Shown: one piece after another, positions 14,778 to 28,700 of the stretch | How positions within the stretch are numbered: the stretch's first letter is position 1 | Layout: each line of letters starts with the position of its first letter | Assembly: GCA_951406725.2 (NCBI GenBank) | Contig: OX597816.1 | Location: forward strand, 25,296,001-25,360,000 | Source of the DNA: Octopus vulgaris | Taxonomy: Eukaryota | Length of the DNA: 64,000 bases | Direction of reading: 5' to 3' | Made by a program: the position numbers and the translations under genes | Notes under the pieces: generated by a model | Told to the model about the DNA's origin: nothing | Databases searched by the model: none | Seen by the model: only the letters and a program-made list of their open reading frames with translations

Positions 14778-15136
14778 TATATAAAGAGAAAGTTTTCGAA
14801 AGTAAACAAAAGACGAAGGCAGGTGGAGTACAAACAAACAAATGTATTAGTATAGCGCTCAGGAATAGAAAAAGTATTTTACGTTTCGAGCCTGCGCTCT
14901 TCGACAGAAAGATACACAGAAAAAAAAGGAGAGAAAAAATGTGTGTAGGAGCTAACGATCTATCATGGTGTCCTGACTTATATACACACACACAGACATA
15001 GAAATTCCTGGTTTGACAACGTTAAGGACTGGACAGTCCACATCACAGCGAACCTACTACGAAGTGGCGATGGCTGAAAATAAAAGTTTCTTTAGTGGCA
15101 CCCCAATGACTGGCTACATCATTTAACGCATCTGGC

Positions 15137-15181
<45 letters not shown>

Positions 15182-16153
15182 AAAATTAATTTCTCTTGCT
15201 ACAAATCAGGAAGAATACGGGAGAAAATGATTTAAAAAGTAAAGAGAAAACGAGAAAATATGTAAAAGTTTTAGACAGGAAATTCAAAATGCGAATTCTA
15301 TTATATTCCGTTGTAAATAAAGATGTGATTGTGAAATAAAACTTCTATTTCTTTTATACACTAGTCGATCCATGCCATACGAAACCATGTAAGAACGGCG
15401 GTACATGTATCAGGAAAGGACATAGTTTCACCTGTAAATGTAAACCTGGTTATTCTGGAAGTTACTGTAATACATGTAAGTATAACATATAGCCATAATT
15501 TATAGGCATAGATTTATCATAAATTTTGTTTTACAAGTATATTTAAAGAGCCAAGGTAGGTTCCTCATGAATGCATATTGAGAAAGGCGCGATTGGTTGA
15601 ATGGCTTGGTTAGGAATTTAGGAGAATGTTTGCATGATATTCCTCAAAATACCCCCTCTTTCTTTCTTTCTTTCTTTCTCTCTTTCTCTCTCTCTTTCTA
15701 CACACACACACACACAAACACACAAATTAACTGAGTATCCCGTCGTTGCCCGGTTATATTCACAATAGTATGCCTTGGCGAACTTTCGGAATAGTACATC
15801 CTAACAGGTTGGATATTCTCCATTGTTACGGGGTACTGTACCATTTTCCCTCCACCCACCCTTGCAAATTATGATTAGACAGCCCTTAAGTAAATCTCCT
15901 TAGGACATTCCTTGGGATTAGGGGAGTTTCTGGTTTGAGTATCGTTGTCCTTGAATAATAACATTATTTTCTGCCCCTGAAAAGGATGAAAATGAGGGTC
16001 TTGTAAAATTATGAAAAGTATATTCATTTTATAATTCTACAAGACTCTCATTTTCATCTTTTTCAGATGCAGAAAACATTGGTATGATGATACTTTTATC
16101 TAGTTTATTTCTAACGCCATTGACGCTACAAATGCATATGTATACATTATTGA

Positions 16154-16219
<66 letters not shown>

Positions 16220-16563
16220 TACACGCACGCACAAAAAGACACACACAAACACACTGGCATACACACCCACACACATAAATACACACACACAAGCACACAT
16301 AGCACACACATACACTCACACACAAACACACACAAACATACACACAAGCTAGTATGTCTGTTTGTAAGGAACTCTATCCTTTAGGATGTACATGAATTTA
16401 CGTCAATTTTGCTTTGAAGAGACTTTTACCTTTTAAATTCAATTTAATATTAATATATGAATGAAGGTAGGAATTGAAACGTGCATCGGCGACATGAAAT
16501 CGAGAAGTATTATGTAAATAAATTGATTTTCTTTGTTCACACACACCATTTTCTTTATATCAA

Positions 16564-16631
<68 letters not shown>

Positions 16632-17767
16632 TTGATATAAAGAAAATGGTGTGTGTGAACAAAGAAAATCAATTTATTTACATAATACTTCTCGATATAT
16701 ATATATTACTATTGTAATACATTTTTATTTCATTTTAGTTTCAGCGTGTGGAAATGCTGTGGCAGATATCATGTTTGTATTAGACGACTCTGGAAGCATT
16801 TCTAAAAAGGATTTTCTAGTGATGAAAACTTTTGTCAAGAAACTTGTCTCAACTTTTCCAATATCATCAAATGCTGTCCAAGTTGGTATTATCACATTTA
16901 GCACCAATGTAAAGAACCAATTTAATTTGAATAAATTCAGGAATATCCTTGATTTAAACACAGCGATTGACAGAATAGCTCACATCGGAGGCTGGACACA
17001 CACCTATGCCGCTTTAAATTACCTTAAAGATTCTTCGTTCACTGCAATGTCTGGTGACCGAAAAGATGTGTTGAATATTGCAGTTGTCATCACAGACGGA
17101 AACTCAAATAATCAGGTCTTGACAGTAAAAGCAGCTGAAAAGGTGAAAAAGAGTGGAACAATGATATTCGCAATTGGAGTCGGGAAAAAAATTTCGAATA
17201 CCGAACTCAAAGCAATTGGTAGCGAGCCGAGTTCGAAATACGTATTTTCAGTGAATAGTTTTGATGTCTTACAGAGTATATCATCGACATTCTCAGCTAA
17301 AGCATGCAATGGTAAGTATTTATATAAGTATTTATATAAGGCGGCGAGCTGGCAGAAACGCTAGCAAGTCGGGCGAAATGCTTATCGGTATTTCGTCTGC
17401 CGCTACGTTCTGAGTTCAAATTCCGCCGAGGCCGACTTTGCCTTTCATCCTTTCGAGGTCGATAAATTAAGTACCAGTTACGCACTGGGGTCGATATAAT
17501 CGACTTAATCCGTTTGTTTGTCCTTGTTTGTCCCCTCTATGTTTGGCCCCTTGTGGGTAGTAAAGAAATAGATAGGTATTTATATAAACTTAACATAAAA
17601 TGCACTGGAAGCTGGGATAGATAAAACGCATGACAAAATGAATTGAGTTAGCAGTTACGGCCATTTGAATTTAATTCAAATTATTCAAATCTGCTTTGAA
17701 GCTATATAAATATATTTGTTCCACGTCCTCACGTTGTTGTGTTTTTTTGTGCTTTCTTGTTTGGATG

Positions 17768-17826
<59 letters not shown>

Positions 17827-17907
17827 TATATAAATATATATGATGATTTCATTTGAATGAAACAGTTCTAGTCCTGTAGAACCTCCTTCTATAAAATAAA
17901 TAAATAA

Positions 17908-17963
<56 letters not shown>

Positions 17964-20476
17964 GAAATATGTTACAAAAAGAAAATATAAAATACACGTG
18001 GAAATGTAAGAGTAAAATATGAAAAATCAACGAAAATGCACATTGCATATAAAAAAAGGCTATTTCTGACAGGTAACAACAAATATATACATTTAGATTG
18101 ACTGAGGTAGTAATAAAAGTCATACAAGTCATTATTATAATCGGGCAAAGGATGGGCAGAATTGGTAGAACGCTCAACTTCATGCAGCATTTAGTTGCTG
18201 TCTCCATTCTGAATCCAAATACGGGCAGAGTAAATATTACCTTTCTTTATTATGTTGTGGATTAAATAAAGTATCAACCACATACAGGATCCACGAAATT
18301 ATCTCCGCTCTTCTTTTAAATGTGTAGCACTAGGCATATAGCAGTAAATACTGAGTGGGATAAAAATTTTATGGTTTTAAGTTATTTCCCTTTGCATCTT
18401 CAGAGTATTAAATCTCCTTCCGAGTTATCTAAGCTTTTCATACCCTAGCAGTCAATAAAATGAACAACTGTGGTCAGTTTTATTTGCCATTGTCTGTGCT
18501 ATAAGTCTCCATTGACATAATTGGTTTCTTTCTCCAGTTCTGCGGCCCTGTAGATGTGGAGTATCTGGTGACCCTCATTACAGAACGTTCGGTGGACAAA
18601 TGCTACATTTCATGGGCACATGAAAATATACACTGGCTACTATTAAGAACGGATCGAATAATACCTACTTTTCTGTTGTAGTACACATCTTATGTAAAAC
18701 ACTTTCAATACAGTAAGAATAAGAGCATCACAGCAAACCACAGCACATACCCAAGGCACACAAAGCTGCGCTCGATAGTGAAGTGAAAGCACGCTATAAA
18801 AATAAGACTACTGAATAATAATAATAGAAACATGTTACGTGGTGAGGATGATAATGGGTATGAGGTAGATGATGGTGGTGAGAGTAACGACGACGACGAC
18901 GATGATAATAAACGAATATTTTAAATATACATTTCACCTATTTTGTCATTTCGAAGCATTATTCAGGGGCTTATATTATAATGTTTACAAGTTTATATAA
19001 TGAATATTTTCAGCTTCGAAACCATGTATATGTAAAGTGTCTGGTGACCCTCACTATGGAACGTTCGATGGACAAATGATACATTTCATGGGCACATGCA
19101 AATATACACTGGCTACTATTAAGAACGGATCGAATAATACCTACTTTTCTGTTGAAGTAAAGAACGAACACCGAAGGAATAACCGTGTATCTTACACACG
19201 TTTAGTGGATGTCAAACTCACTGGTTTCACAATTCGTCTGTTGCCAGCTAACAAAATCTTGGTACGTACGTTTTGTCTCTCTTTACCCTATAGTTATGTA
19301 AATGTATAAGAATCCAAAAGATTATTCTGCTTGATACGTTGTATTTTCGAATGCCACGCACTTAACAACTGGAACCAAGGAACGAATCGAAGATAATCGA
19401 AATCTTGGACTTAATGAAAGAAATTTAAGCCTTAAACTTCTTAAAAGAAAGAATTATGGAAAGAAATAGACGACATATTTTTAATATTGAACATAACGAA
19501 GCAATAGTATAATGTTGTATAAATTTAGAGTCGGGAAAAAGATTTCGAATACCGAACTCAAAGCAATTGGTAGCGAGCCGAGTTCGAAATACGTATTTTC
19601 AGTGAATAGTTTTGATGTCTTACAGAGTATATCATCGACATTCTCAGCTAAAGCATGCAATGGTAAGTATTTATATAAACTTAACATAAAAGGCACTGGA
19701 AGCTGGGATAGATAAAACGCAAGACAAAATGAATTGAGTTAGCAGATACGGCTATTTGAATTTAGTTCAAATTAGCACAAAGTAGATGTAGGGGTTTTTA
19801 AATCAAAGCTTGACCTCTTCCTGTCGAGAGTCCCAGATGAGCCTACCTCACGGCAAGAGGAGCAAATGGTGGTAGCTATATCAAACTTCATTCTTCATCA
19901 AGTGCCACATATTAGAGGAGGCCCCTAGTAATAACAGTGTAGCGCAAGACGCCGATGCATCAGCATGGCCGTAGCTCTGAGCTGAAGCTTTTTTTAAAAA
20001 ATGCATTAAAATAGATATAAAATAATTTATAGAATGTGGAATTAATCATAGTATGTATGATAGGATTTATGACGGTTTATAGGATTTGCCATACAAAAAA
20101 TAATACAAGAGATGATAACCAGATGATCTCCAACCGTTGGAATAGTAACAAAATATTTTTCAGTTTGTAGTTTGGTAAACACGTCAGCAACTGACACAGA
20201 GTCCACTTATTTCAAAAAGGTGTCATTTTCCCAAAATGGTGTGAGTAATTCATATGCACTGGATGTTTATTCTAAATTTATAGACACATGTAATATTAGG
20301 TAGATTTCTGTTCCTCTTGTTTCACAGAATACATCACGGATGTAAATCTCAGACAGGCGTATTTTTGCAAGGGCGTGAAAATTCCTGTATGATAGCGAAC
20401 CCTTGAATTATACCCAAAGATGATCAAATCATAAAGAGAGCAAAATGTAGTGTAGCAGTGATATATACATATATAC

Positions 20477-20557
<81 letters not shown>

Positions 20558-23500
20558 TATATGGCATTTTCTGTGGCTCCTTCGCCGTTCTCAAAAATAG
20601 CGTTCGTAATATTTTATCTCGTTCGGCTTAACAGCCCTTCGTGTCTGTGTTACTGTTATTCTCCTTGTCCTGTCTTTTACTGTTTATATTTTGTTCTGTC
20701 GTTACTGTCCTGTTTCTGTTACCATTTTTACCCCTCCGCAAAAAAATCTCAAATGATAATTAATTTGCTTTTCGCGGGAAGGAATGTTTCAATAAAGTCG
20801 TGTCTCGCCTTGACCATCGGAACGCGGAGTAGATGAAACAAAGGCGACTGGAGATGGGGAATTTTCCTTGTATTGCATGTCCTGTATTCTTTTCTGCGTT
20901 GTTTTGTGTTTATGTTTTCGTTTCTCATTGTGTTCAACGTTTTTTTGGTGCCCTGTACACATATATGCATGTATATATACATGTAGAGGTAGGTACGTAC
21001 ATATATGTATGTATATATGCATATGTTTTATTTTATTTATTAATTTATATATAAATACTGCTGAGATTTGTTTACGCCCCCGTAAAAAAGCAATCAATTG
21101 AATAAGTACTAGACATAAAAAACAAATAGGGATTTGCGATTTGTTCGGCTAAACTTCTCAAGCATGGGCAAAGTCCAATGACTAAATCAAGTAAAGTATT
21201 AAAAATAATACATGCATTATATATAAAAAAATAATACTTGATTTGCATACCTGTCCTATTTTCTTGAATTTAATTTTCAGATAAATTCAGAAGAGAAATC
21301 GTTACCTGTAAATTATAAAGAGTTTTCAGCCACGTACTCTGTCGGGTGGATTACAGTTACCACTGAATGGGGTTTGAAGGTGATGTTTGATGGTAGACAC
21401 AGAGTCACTGTTACATTACCACCAATATTTGCCGATCAACTGACTGGAATCTGTGGAGATTGTAACGGAGAAAAAGATGACTTCCGTACAAAATCTGGTG
21501 AAGATGTTTCTCAGAAAGCAAATAAATTTTCTTTAATTGGTGCCAGTTACCAAGTTGAAGATGACAGTGATAAACCCGAAACAAAGTAAGGATTATTTTC
21601 TTTCTCAAACTCCAAAATCAAGAATAAATATTACGTAAATTGTTGATAGTATGTTAAATGCCACAAGAAATAAATAACAGTATTATGTTTAAATATGAAG
21701 CTTTAGCTGTTTTCACGTCAATCTGTGATTATTCACATTATTTACATTGGACGGATATGTGTCCTGATTTTGTTTGTTCTTACCAGAACGTTTCCGTAGA
21801 ATTGTGAACCCTGGGTTCTCATTACAAAAGGATTTTTTGCTGATGTTGTTGTTATTATCATTATTAGTATTATTATTCAAAGGAATTGAACTCAGAACTT
21901 GGAGTTAGTAGAGTAGCCCGCGCTCTGAACCATTACGCTATATGCCCATGGGCAGTTATTGAGTCAGTTTTAGGGGTTATAAAACTAATATAGAACAGTT
22001 AATGAGTGAGCTGGCAGAATGTTTAGAGCGTGGTAAAAATGATTAGCGGCGTTCCCTTGGGTTCCTTACGTTCTGATTTCGGGGTCGATAAAATTACCAG
22101 TCAAAAACTAGGTCGATGTTATCGATTAGCCCCCATACCGATAAACTGCTGGTATTGTGCTGAAATTTTGAAGCATGGTTATTTAAGGTGGTCAGCCATA
22201 AATAAAAATAGTTTCCGTTACGGCACACATCAAAATGTTTAGTCGGCTTTTTGCGTTCTGCGTTGAAACGTTGACGAAGATATCTTTGCTTTTCATCTGT
22301 GCAGACTCGATAAAGGAAGTAGAAATCGAGATGAAACCGACTTACTCCATCCTCTCAAACCTCAGATTTTGCGCCTGTCGTAGAAAGAATTATTTATGTT
22401 TTAACTTTGAAAGTTTTCAGTCAAAGCGGAGGAAATGTGTTACGGAATTTCCGCCGGGGTCAACTTTGCCTTTCATCCTTTCAGGGTCGATACATTAAGT
22501 ACCAGTTGCATAATGGAGTTGATCTAATCGATTGGCTCCTCGTCCAAAAATTTCGGGACTTGTGCCTAGAGTAGAGAAAGAAATGGATTGTTCTGATCGA
22601 GCTGGCCTACGATCAAAGAATGCGCGCATGTGTGATTTACATATGGTTTGTTTATCTGTTTCTGTTTTTATATATACGGCAAGAAATGAGTTAACAATCT
22701 TAGATGATTTGATAAGATTTTAGATGTAGGGAATATTTGACATCTGGAATTTTGTTGTACATCAGACGCTAACGAAAGTAGAGAGATGTGAATCATAACT
22801 GATTAACTTACCAGTAAGTTTTTACTCAGAAAATACGCATGGTTTCTAGTTAGCAAATGAGAAATCATACATCATAACAATTATTCTTAACTTCATCATT
22901 TCGCTTTCTATTTTTATTTTCAGATGCAAAGTGAATGATGTTAATTCGACTTGTTCAAAGGAAGATACAAAAGAATGTGATTTAATGAAGGACAAAATCT
23001 TTGAAGCCTGCATTGAAAAGATCGGAGCTTCGCATCTAGAAGAATACTTGAGTCTTGTAGAATCGATGTCTGTAGTTATCACAATGATCCTACGAACAAC
23101 CACTCTGTTTTCTGTCGAATCATTGAAGGTTTTGCTACAGAATGCGAAAGTGTGGGAATTTTCGTTAATTGGAGAGGAATATCACAATGCCGTAAGATTT
23201 ACTGATTCTTAACATTCCTCTAAGAACAGGATAAATGGCGTATTACATCTTGATGTGTCTGAGATGAAATTTTGTCGAATTATGTTTTAGTTCTTTTAGA
23301 GACTATAAAATAATAGTTGCTAAATCCTTCGACTGTATATTGTTCGACTGTAGGAATCGTGTTTGGGCTTTTAGATAACACTAATTCATGAACTCAAGAA
23401 ATAAAGTTTCGATGTCTGATCAGTGAGTATCCGGATTGTTGCTATAGTAACGAAGCAAAAGCAAATATCTGGACCACTCGTACATTTGGGTGCGGTCCGT

Positions 23501-25206
23501 ACACTTTCTGCAACTTTCCGTCGACCTCGGACCTGGTATCACTATGACAACTTTCTCTGGCATGGTCAATGCGACAATCATATGTTTCACGCGTCCATTC
23601 CGAGAACTGCTGTAAACAGCAGAAGTGAGAGGGAACTTTAAAACTTCATGCGCATGCACAACCGAGTTGAAGGTGAATTCTTGCCAAGCGGCTTCAGTCT
23701 ACGTGGTTTAGCTTCGTTACAATCGGAGCAGTCCGGATACTTATTGATCAGATCTAGTATTCCTGCATGTATATATGTCGAAATATAGAATTCTGAAATG
23801 CCTCCAAGTGCATTGCTTAAGAAATTTGCGAATAGCTTTCAGCCCTTTTTTAAACAAACCTTACTGAATACGCGACACAATTCTTCCTCGATATATTGTA
23901 GAGACTTGGTAGATTTGATATGTATTTATTAGTATTTAAGTTGATTATTACTTTCGAATTAGATCCATCCCTGTTTCTTGTCTTATACATAAATTTTTAG
24001 ACAAATATTTGATATTTTGATTGATTCTCAAAACATTGCACTGAAGGTTTACATATTCTCGACATAGTTATTGTGTTCCTTGTAAATATTTTGCTATTTA
24101 TAAGAAAATACCTGTTTGTTATGATTCTCCATTGTATTTTATTCCAGCGATGAATTGCAAAGTAAATGAAGAGTTCCAATACAAGACTAGCAGCTGTCAA
24201 CCTTCGTGCGCTAATAGATCACCGAATTGCACAGGTTCCAGTCAAGGTTGTGTTTGTAGACAAGGCTTTATTCTGAGTGGTGAACAGTGTGTACCTGAAA
24301 CAGAATGCGGCTGTATCGACAACAAGATATATATGAAGGTAAAATACTATATGAAAACTTCTATACATAAACATACACGCACGCGGTCACACACACAGAC
24401 ACATACATACACAGATAGAAACACATTGGGCTGTATAATAAATACCATTATGCATAAAAGATATAGATAGGTTATTGCTTATTAAATTGATTACTGGACA
24501 TTTTTGTTGGTGTTTACTTTCGAACCGATCATCTGGTCACGACGTATACTTCCCATATATAAAAGCTCTCTGTCTTCTACTAACAGAAATTCAACTAGGA
24601 ATATCAGTGATAGCGTATTCTAATGTATTACCATCCGTGATAAAGTAAGGCTTTGAGCTTCAGTCTTAGAAACACCATCAATATTCTACTGTATAATAAG
24701 GTTCTAATTTATTGAATTTTACCTGCAGGTTAATGAGGAAATTATATCAGCAGATTGTAAAACAAAGAAAATATGTAAACCTGGTAACGAAATCGTAACA
24801 GAAGATATCACTCCTTGTGGTGAAAACAGCCACTGCAGAATTCAAAGAGGGAAATATGCCTGTGTTTGTAAGGAAAATTTCATTCTTCACAAGGGAAAGT
24901 GTGTTCACACTGGTGAGTAAAGATTTTCTCATTATCATTAATGCATTTTCATTGAACTGGTAATTTTAGACAAAAAATTTGCTTTCAAGTATAATTGTAA
25001 TACAGGGTTGTATTACCCCTAATTTTTATGGTTATAGAACCTAGCTGTTCTTTCTAGCGTGTAGAATTTCTATAAGTGGATTCCTTATGTGTTTAAATAT
25101 ACGCTATATCGTATGACTAATATATAGTATCTTTGACTAAATTTTTTACACGTTAGACCACTGGAAATGTAAATTTTAATTAATTTCCATTTCCCTTTGA
25201 TATGAT

Positions 25207-25253
<47 letters not shown>

Positions 25254-25697
25254 TTACGCACACACACAAACGCATACACACACACATACACACACACATA
25301 CACACACATATATATACGTACATACACTTACACAACCACCTACGCATATGCATACGTACAGAGTCACATGTATATATTCTCTAATGTCTCTCGAATCCGA
25401 AATTATTCCTCGTATTTATACATTGACTTCACGTTTGTGCATCCCCTTAGTCACATCCCCCGAATTATGGGAGCCTGCAAATGTCCTGCGTCCTGGAAGT
25501 TATAGTCTTCGAATTTTGAATGCACCGAAATTGCGCGTGCAGTCTTGTCTGCATTGTTGAGGAAAAGATTTCCCCGTGTCTTTGTCTTCTGTTCTTATGT
25601 ATTTAATTGTTTACATTTTCTGTTTTGAAGTTTTGCACACACACACATACACACACACACACACACACATACACACACACACACACACACACGCACG

Positions 25698-25743
<46 letters not shown>

Positions 25744-28700
25744 TATATATATATACACACACACACATATATATATACACATACATACCCACATAAGTAC
25801 CTACATACGTACATGCATACGTACGTACATAGATAAATGCATACATGCATGCATGCATACATACATACAACATACATACATACATACATACATACATACA
25901 TACATACATACATACATACAAAATGCATACATACATATGTATGTACATATATATAAATACACACTCATATGGACATTCACTCAAATACACACAAACTCAC
26001 ATTCTAGCGCACACATACGCAAATATAAAATTTTATTTCAATATCAACAGATGCTTGTCATGGCGGACCTTGCAGAAATGGTGCCACATGTCTGAAAGTT
26101 GGCAGAGATTACCAATGTATTTGCGCCCCAGGTTTCCGTGGTAAAACCTGTTCCGAATGTATGTGTACTCTTCTCTTTACAATTTCGTTACTAAATGTCT
26201 TATTGTAAATAAGATCAATATGTTTTCAGGACAGAAGGAATAGAATAAAAAAGGATAGAAACATTGTGTTTCGTAAAAGTATTAAAGAAATAGTGCAGCA
26301 AAAGTGAAACACGAACCGGCGTAGTTACCAACTTTATCACTAGATAAGTTGACTAGAGAAATTTAATTAACAATATGTCTTTACATATATAAGTACTAAA
26401 GTCTTTAAGAGAGCAAAAATTCATTTATGTAATCACTGATAATTGCGTGAATCATAATATGATGTGAATAAGTATTACATTATTAGGTATATATATATAT
26501 ATATACACAAAATTTATAGGACTGGCCACTAAAAGTGGACAGCATATATGTTTTCTTTATTCACAAGTAGTAAACACGTGGCACCGTAGTAATCTCCAGC
26601 ATTAGAATCTGTGCAAAGACAATACATAAGAATAAAAGAAATAAATATGAAATTTGGCTCAGAAAAATGTGCCAAAGCAACCTGAAGAAGAGAAAAACTA
26701 GTCAAGAATAGCAACAACACACTAGACAAAGGAAATTAAATAAGAGAATTAGACCAAAGTCAGACATACAAATATTTAGGAATCGACGAACTAGATGCCA
26801 TACAACATACACAAATGAAAGGGAAGATAAAAAAAAGAATACTATAGACGAGTTAGATTCATACTGAAAACAGAGCTCAATGCGAAAAACAAGCTAATAG
26901 GTATCAATACTTTAGCCGTTCTAGTTATAATCTTCAGCTACAATATAGTTAACTGGACACTAAATGAACTAATCAAAATAGACAGGAAAACGAGAAAAAT
27001 AACGATCAAATTTAGGATGCACCCCTCGAAGTCTGACATGGAAGAAGTCGTACTACCTAACAACTATGAAGAAAAAGAAGAAACAACATAAGCTGTAAAA
27101 GAAATGAAATCCAAACTAAAACTAGAACAGCAAGGGATCTTCATAAAACGATGGCCCTCATGGCAAATACAGACAAACGAACTAGACAAAGCAAAATTCC
27201 AGCAATGGTTGAGAAGCTCAGGACTCAAAGCAGAGACTGAAGGATTTTTAATTGCTGCACAAGACCAAAGCCTCCCCGCCAGAAATTACCAAAGACATAT
27301 AATGAAGAGAAACATAACAAGTAACTGCAGAATATGTGGAGAAGGACGAGAAGCAATGAATCGTATCGTCTCTGGCTATCCAGTCCTGGCTAAGAAAGAA
27401 TATATTCACAGACACGACAGAGTTGGGATCTACATACTGTTACGAGGGGGACCTCCGAAAACTGTACGGAATCCCTCAGACAGGCCCGATTCGATCAGCG
27501 AATATTCCCGCCACGGAAACTCGTCGGAGAGAGGAGAGGAGAGACACTGCAACAACAACCGCAGCAGCACAGAGAGATACAGAGGCACAAAGGCACAACA
27601 CGAGAGAGACACCAAAAGAGGCAAGGCAAAACGGCAACACTGGCTTACATTCAACAACTAGTTTATATGACAATCAATGGTTACAACATCAAAGCATTTA
27701 AGGCAAACAACAAATCAATACATCATACGGGTATACCACAGATCAAAGCATTTAACAACATGCATGTAACAATATAACAGTCCGGAGACACAACAAGTCA
27801 TATACAGTATTTCAAAGGTACACGTCCGAAGACACAGTTCTTTTTCTACACATATCAACACAATTCTGAACATAAATACCACAATCGACATATCGACAAA
27901 TCCTTGACTGTTCTTTTCACTGTTCATTTCTTTTCACTGTCTCTTTACATCGTGACACGCATCAATACACAATCACATACCTTAATTCCCAACTGAATCG
28001 CCAGTGTCCCATTCTGCACCTCATCTCTCCGTACCGCTAATTCCCCTGTACATATTCTCTTCTGCGCCGCCAAGTTCTCTCGCATGCCAACTTGCTCCTA
28101 AGATTCCACCGCTTGCTCCTAACTTCCAAGAATCCGACTGTGTTCTTCGAGGACCGACCACCGACTGCCCAAAACCTCACTTCGTCTCTCTCCTTCCCAC
28201 TGCCCTCTACCGCCTATACTCTCTCTATTTGCTCTCTGATTCCCTACTCTATCTCTATCGCCCGCTGCCTATCACCCTCTCATGACAGCTCTACCATACT
28301 CTCTGCCTGTCCTTCTCTGCCCCCTCATCCTCTCTCACTGCTAATTCTTCCTCACATCTGTCCCTTAGCCTTATACTCTATCTCTCTCACTACTTTTCTT
28401 CCTCTTCTTCAAGGGATGTCTAGAACGACCCCTAATCGACCGCACAAGGCCAGAAAGGTCCCATTAATCTCCCATTAAACAAAGGACTGTCACTTTTTAC
28501 TCCAGGCCTGCCGGCGCCATTATTCCAAAGTGGGTCACCAATACTGCACTAGCCAAAATCCATAACACTACCCCCTACCTAAGCTTTGTCGACCCGACAA
28601 AAGCATAACAAACCCGCACCTCCGAGGGCGAGCTCCAGCAGACGTTCCAGGAACTGGAGGTCCCCTTGGGTGGTTTCTCCTCCGGGGGTCTCACCTCCCA

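Noticed and set aside
18621-18623. TGA at a conserved Cys as selenocysteine or readthrough
   Set aside because: The exon is truncated and lacks a donor, and no SECIS is identifiable; a simple nonsense mutation fits better
20805-20850. Hairpin TCGCCTT..CATC..GATGAAAC..AAGGCGA as a hammerhead
   Set aside because: Lacks a CUGANGA-like core; probably a repeat-element terminus that I cannot classify
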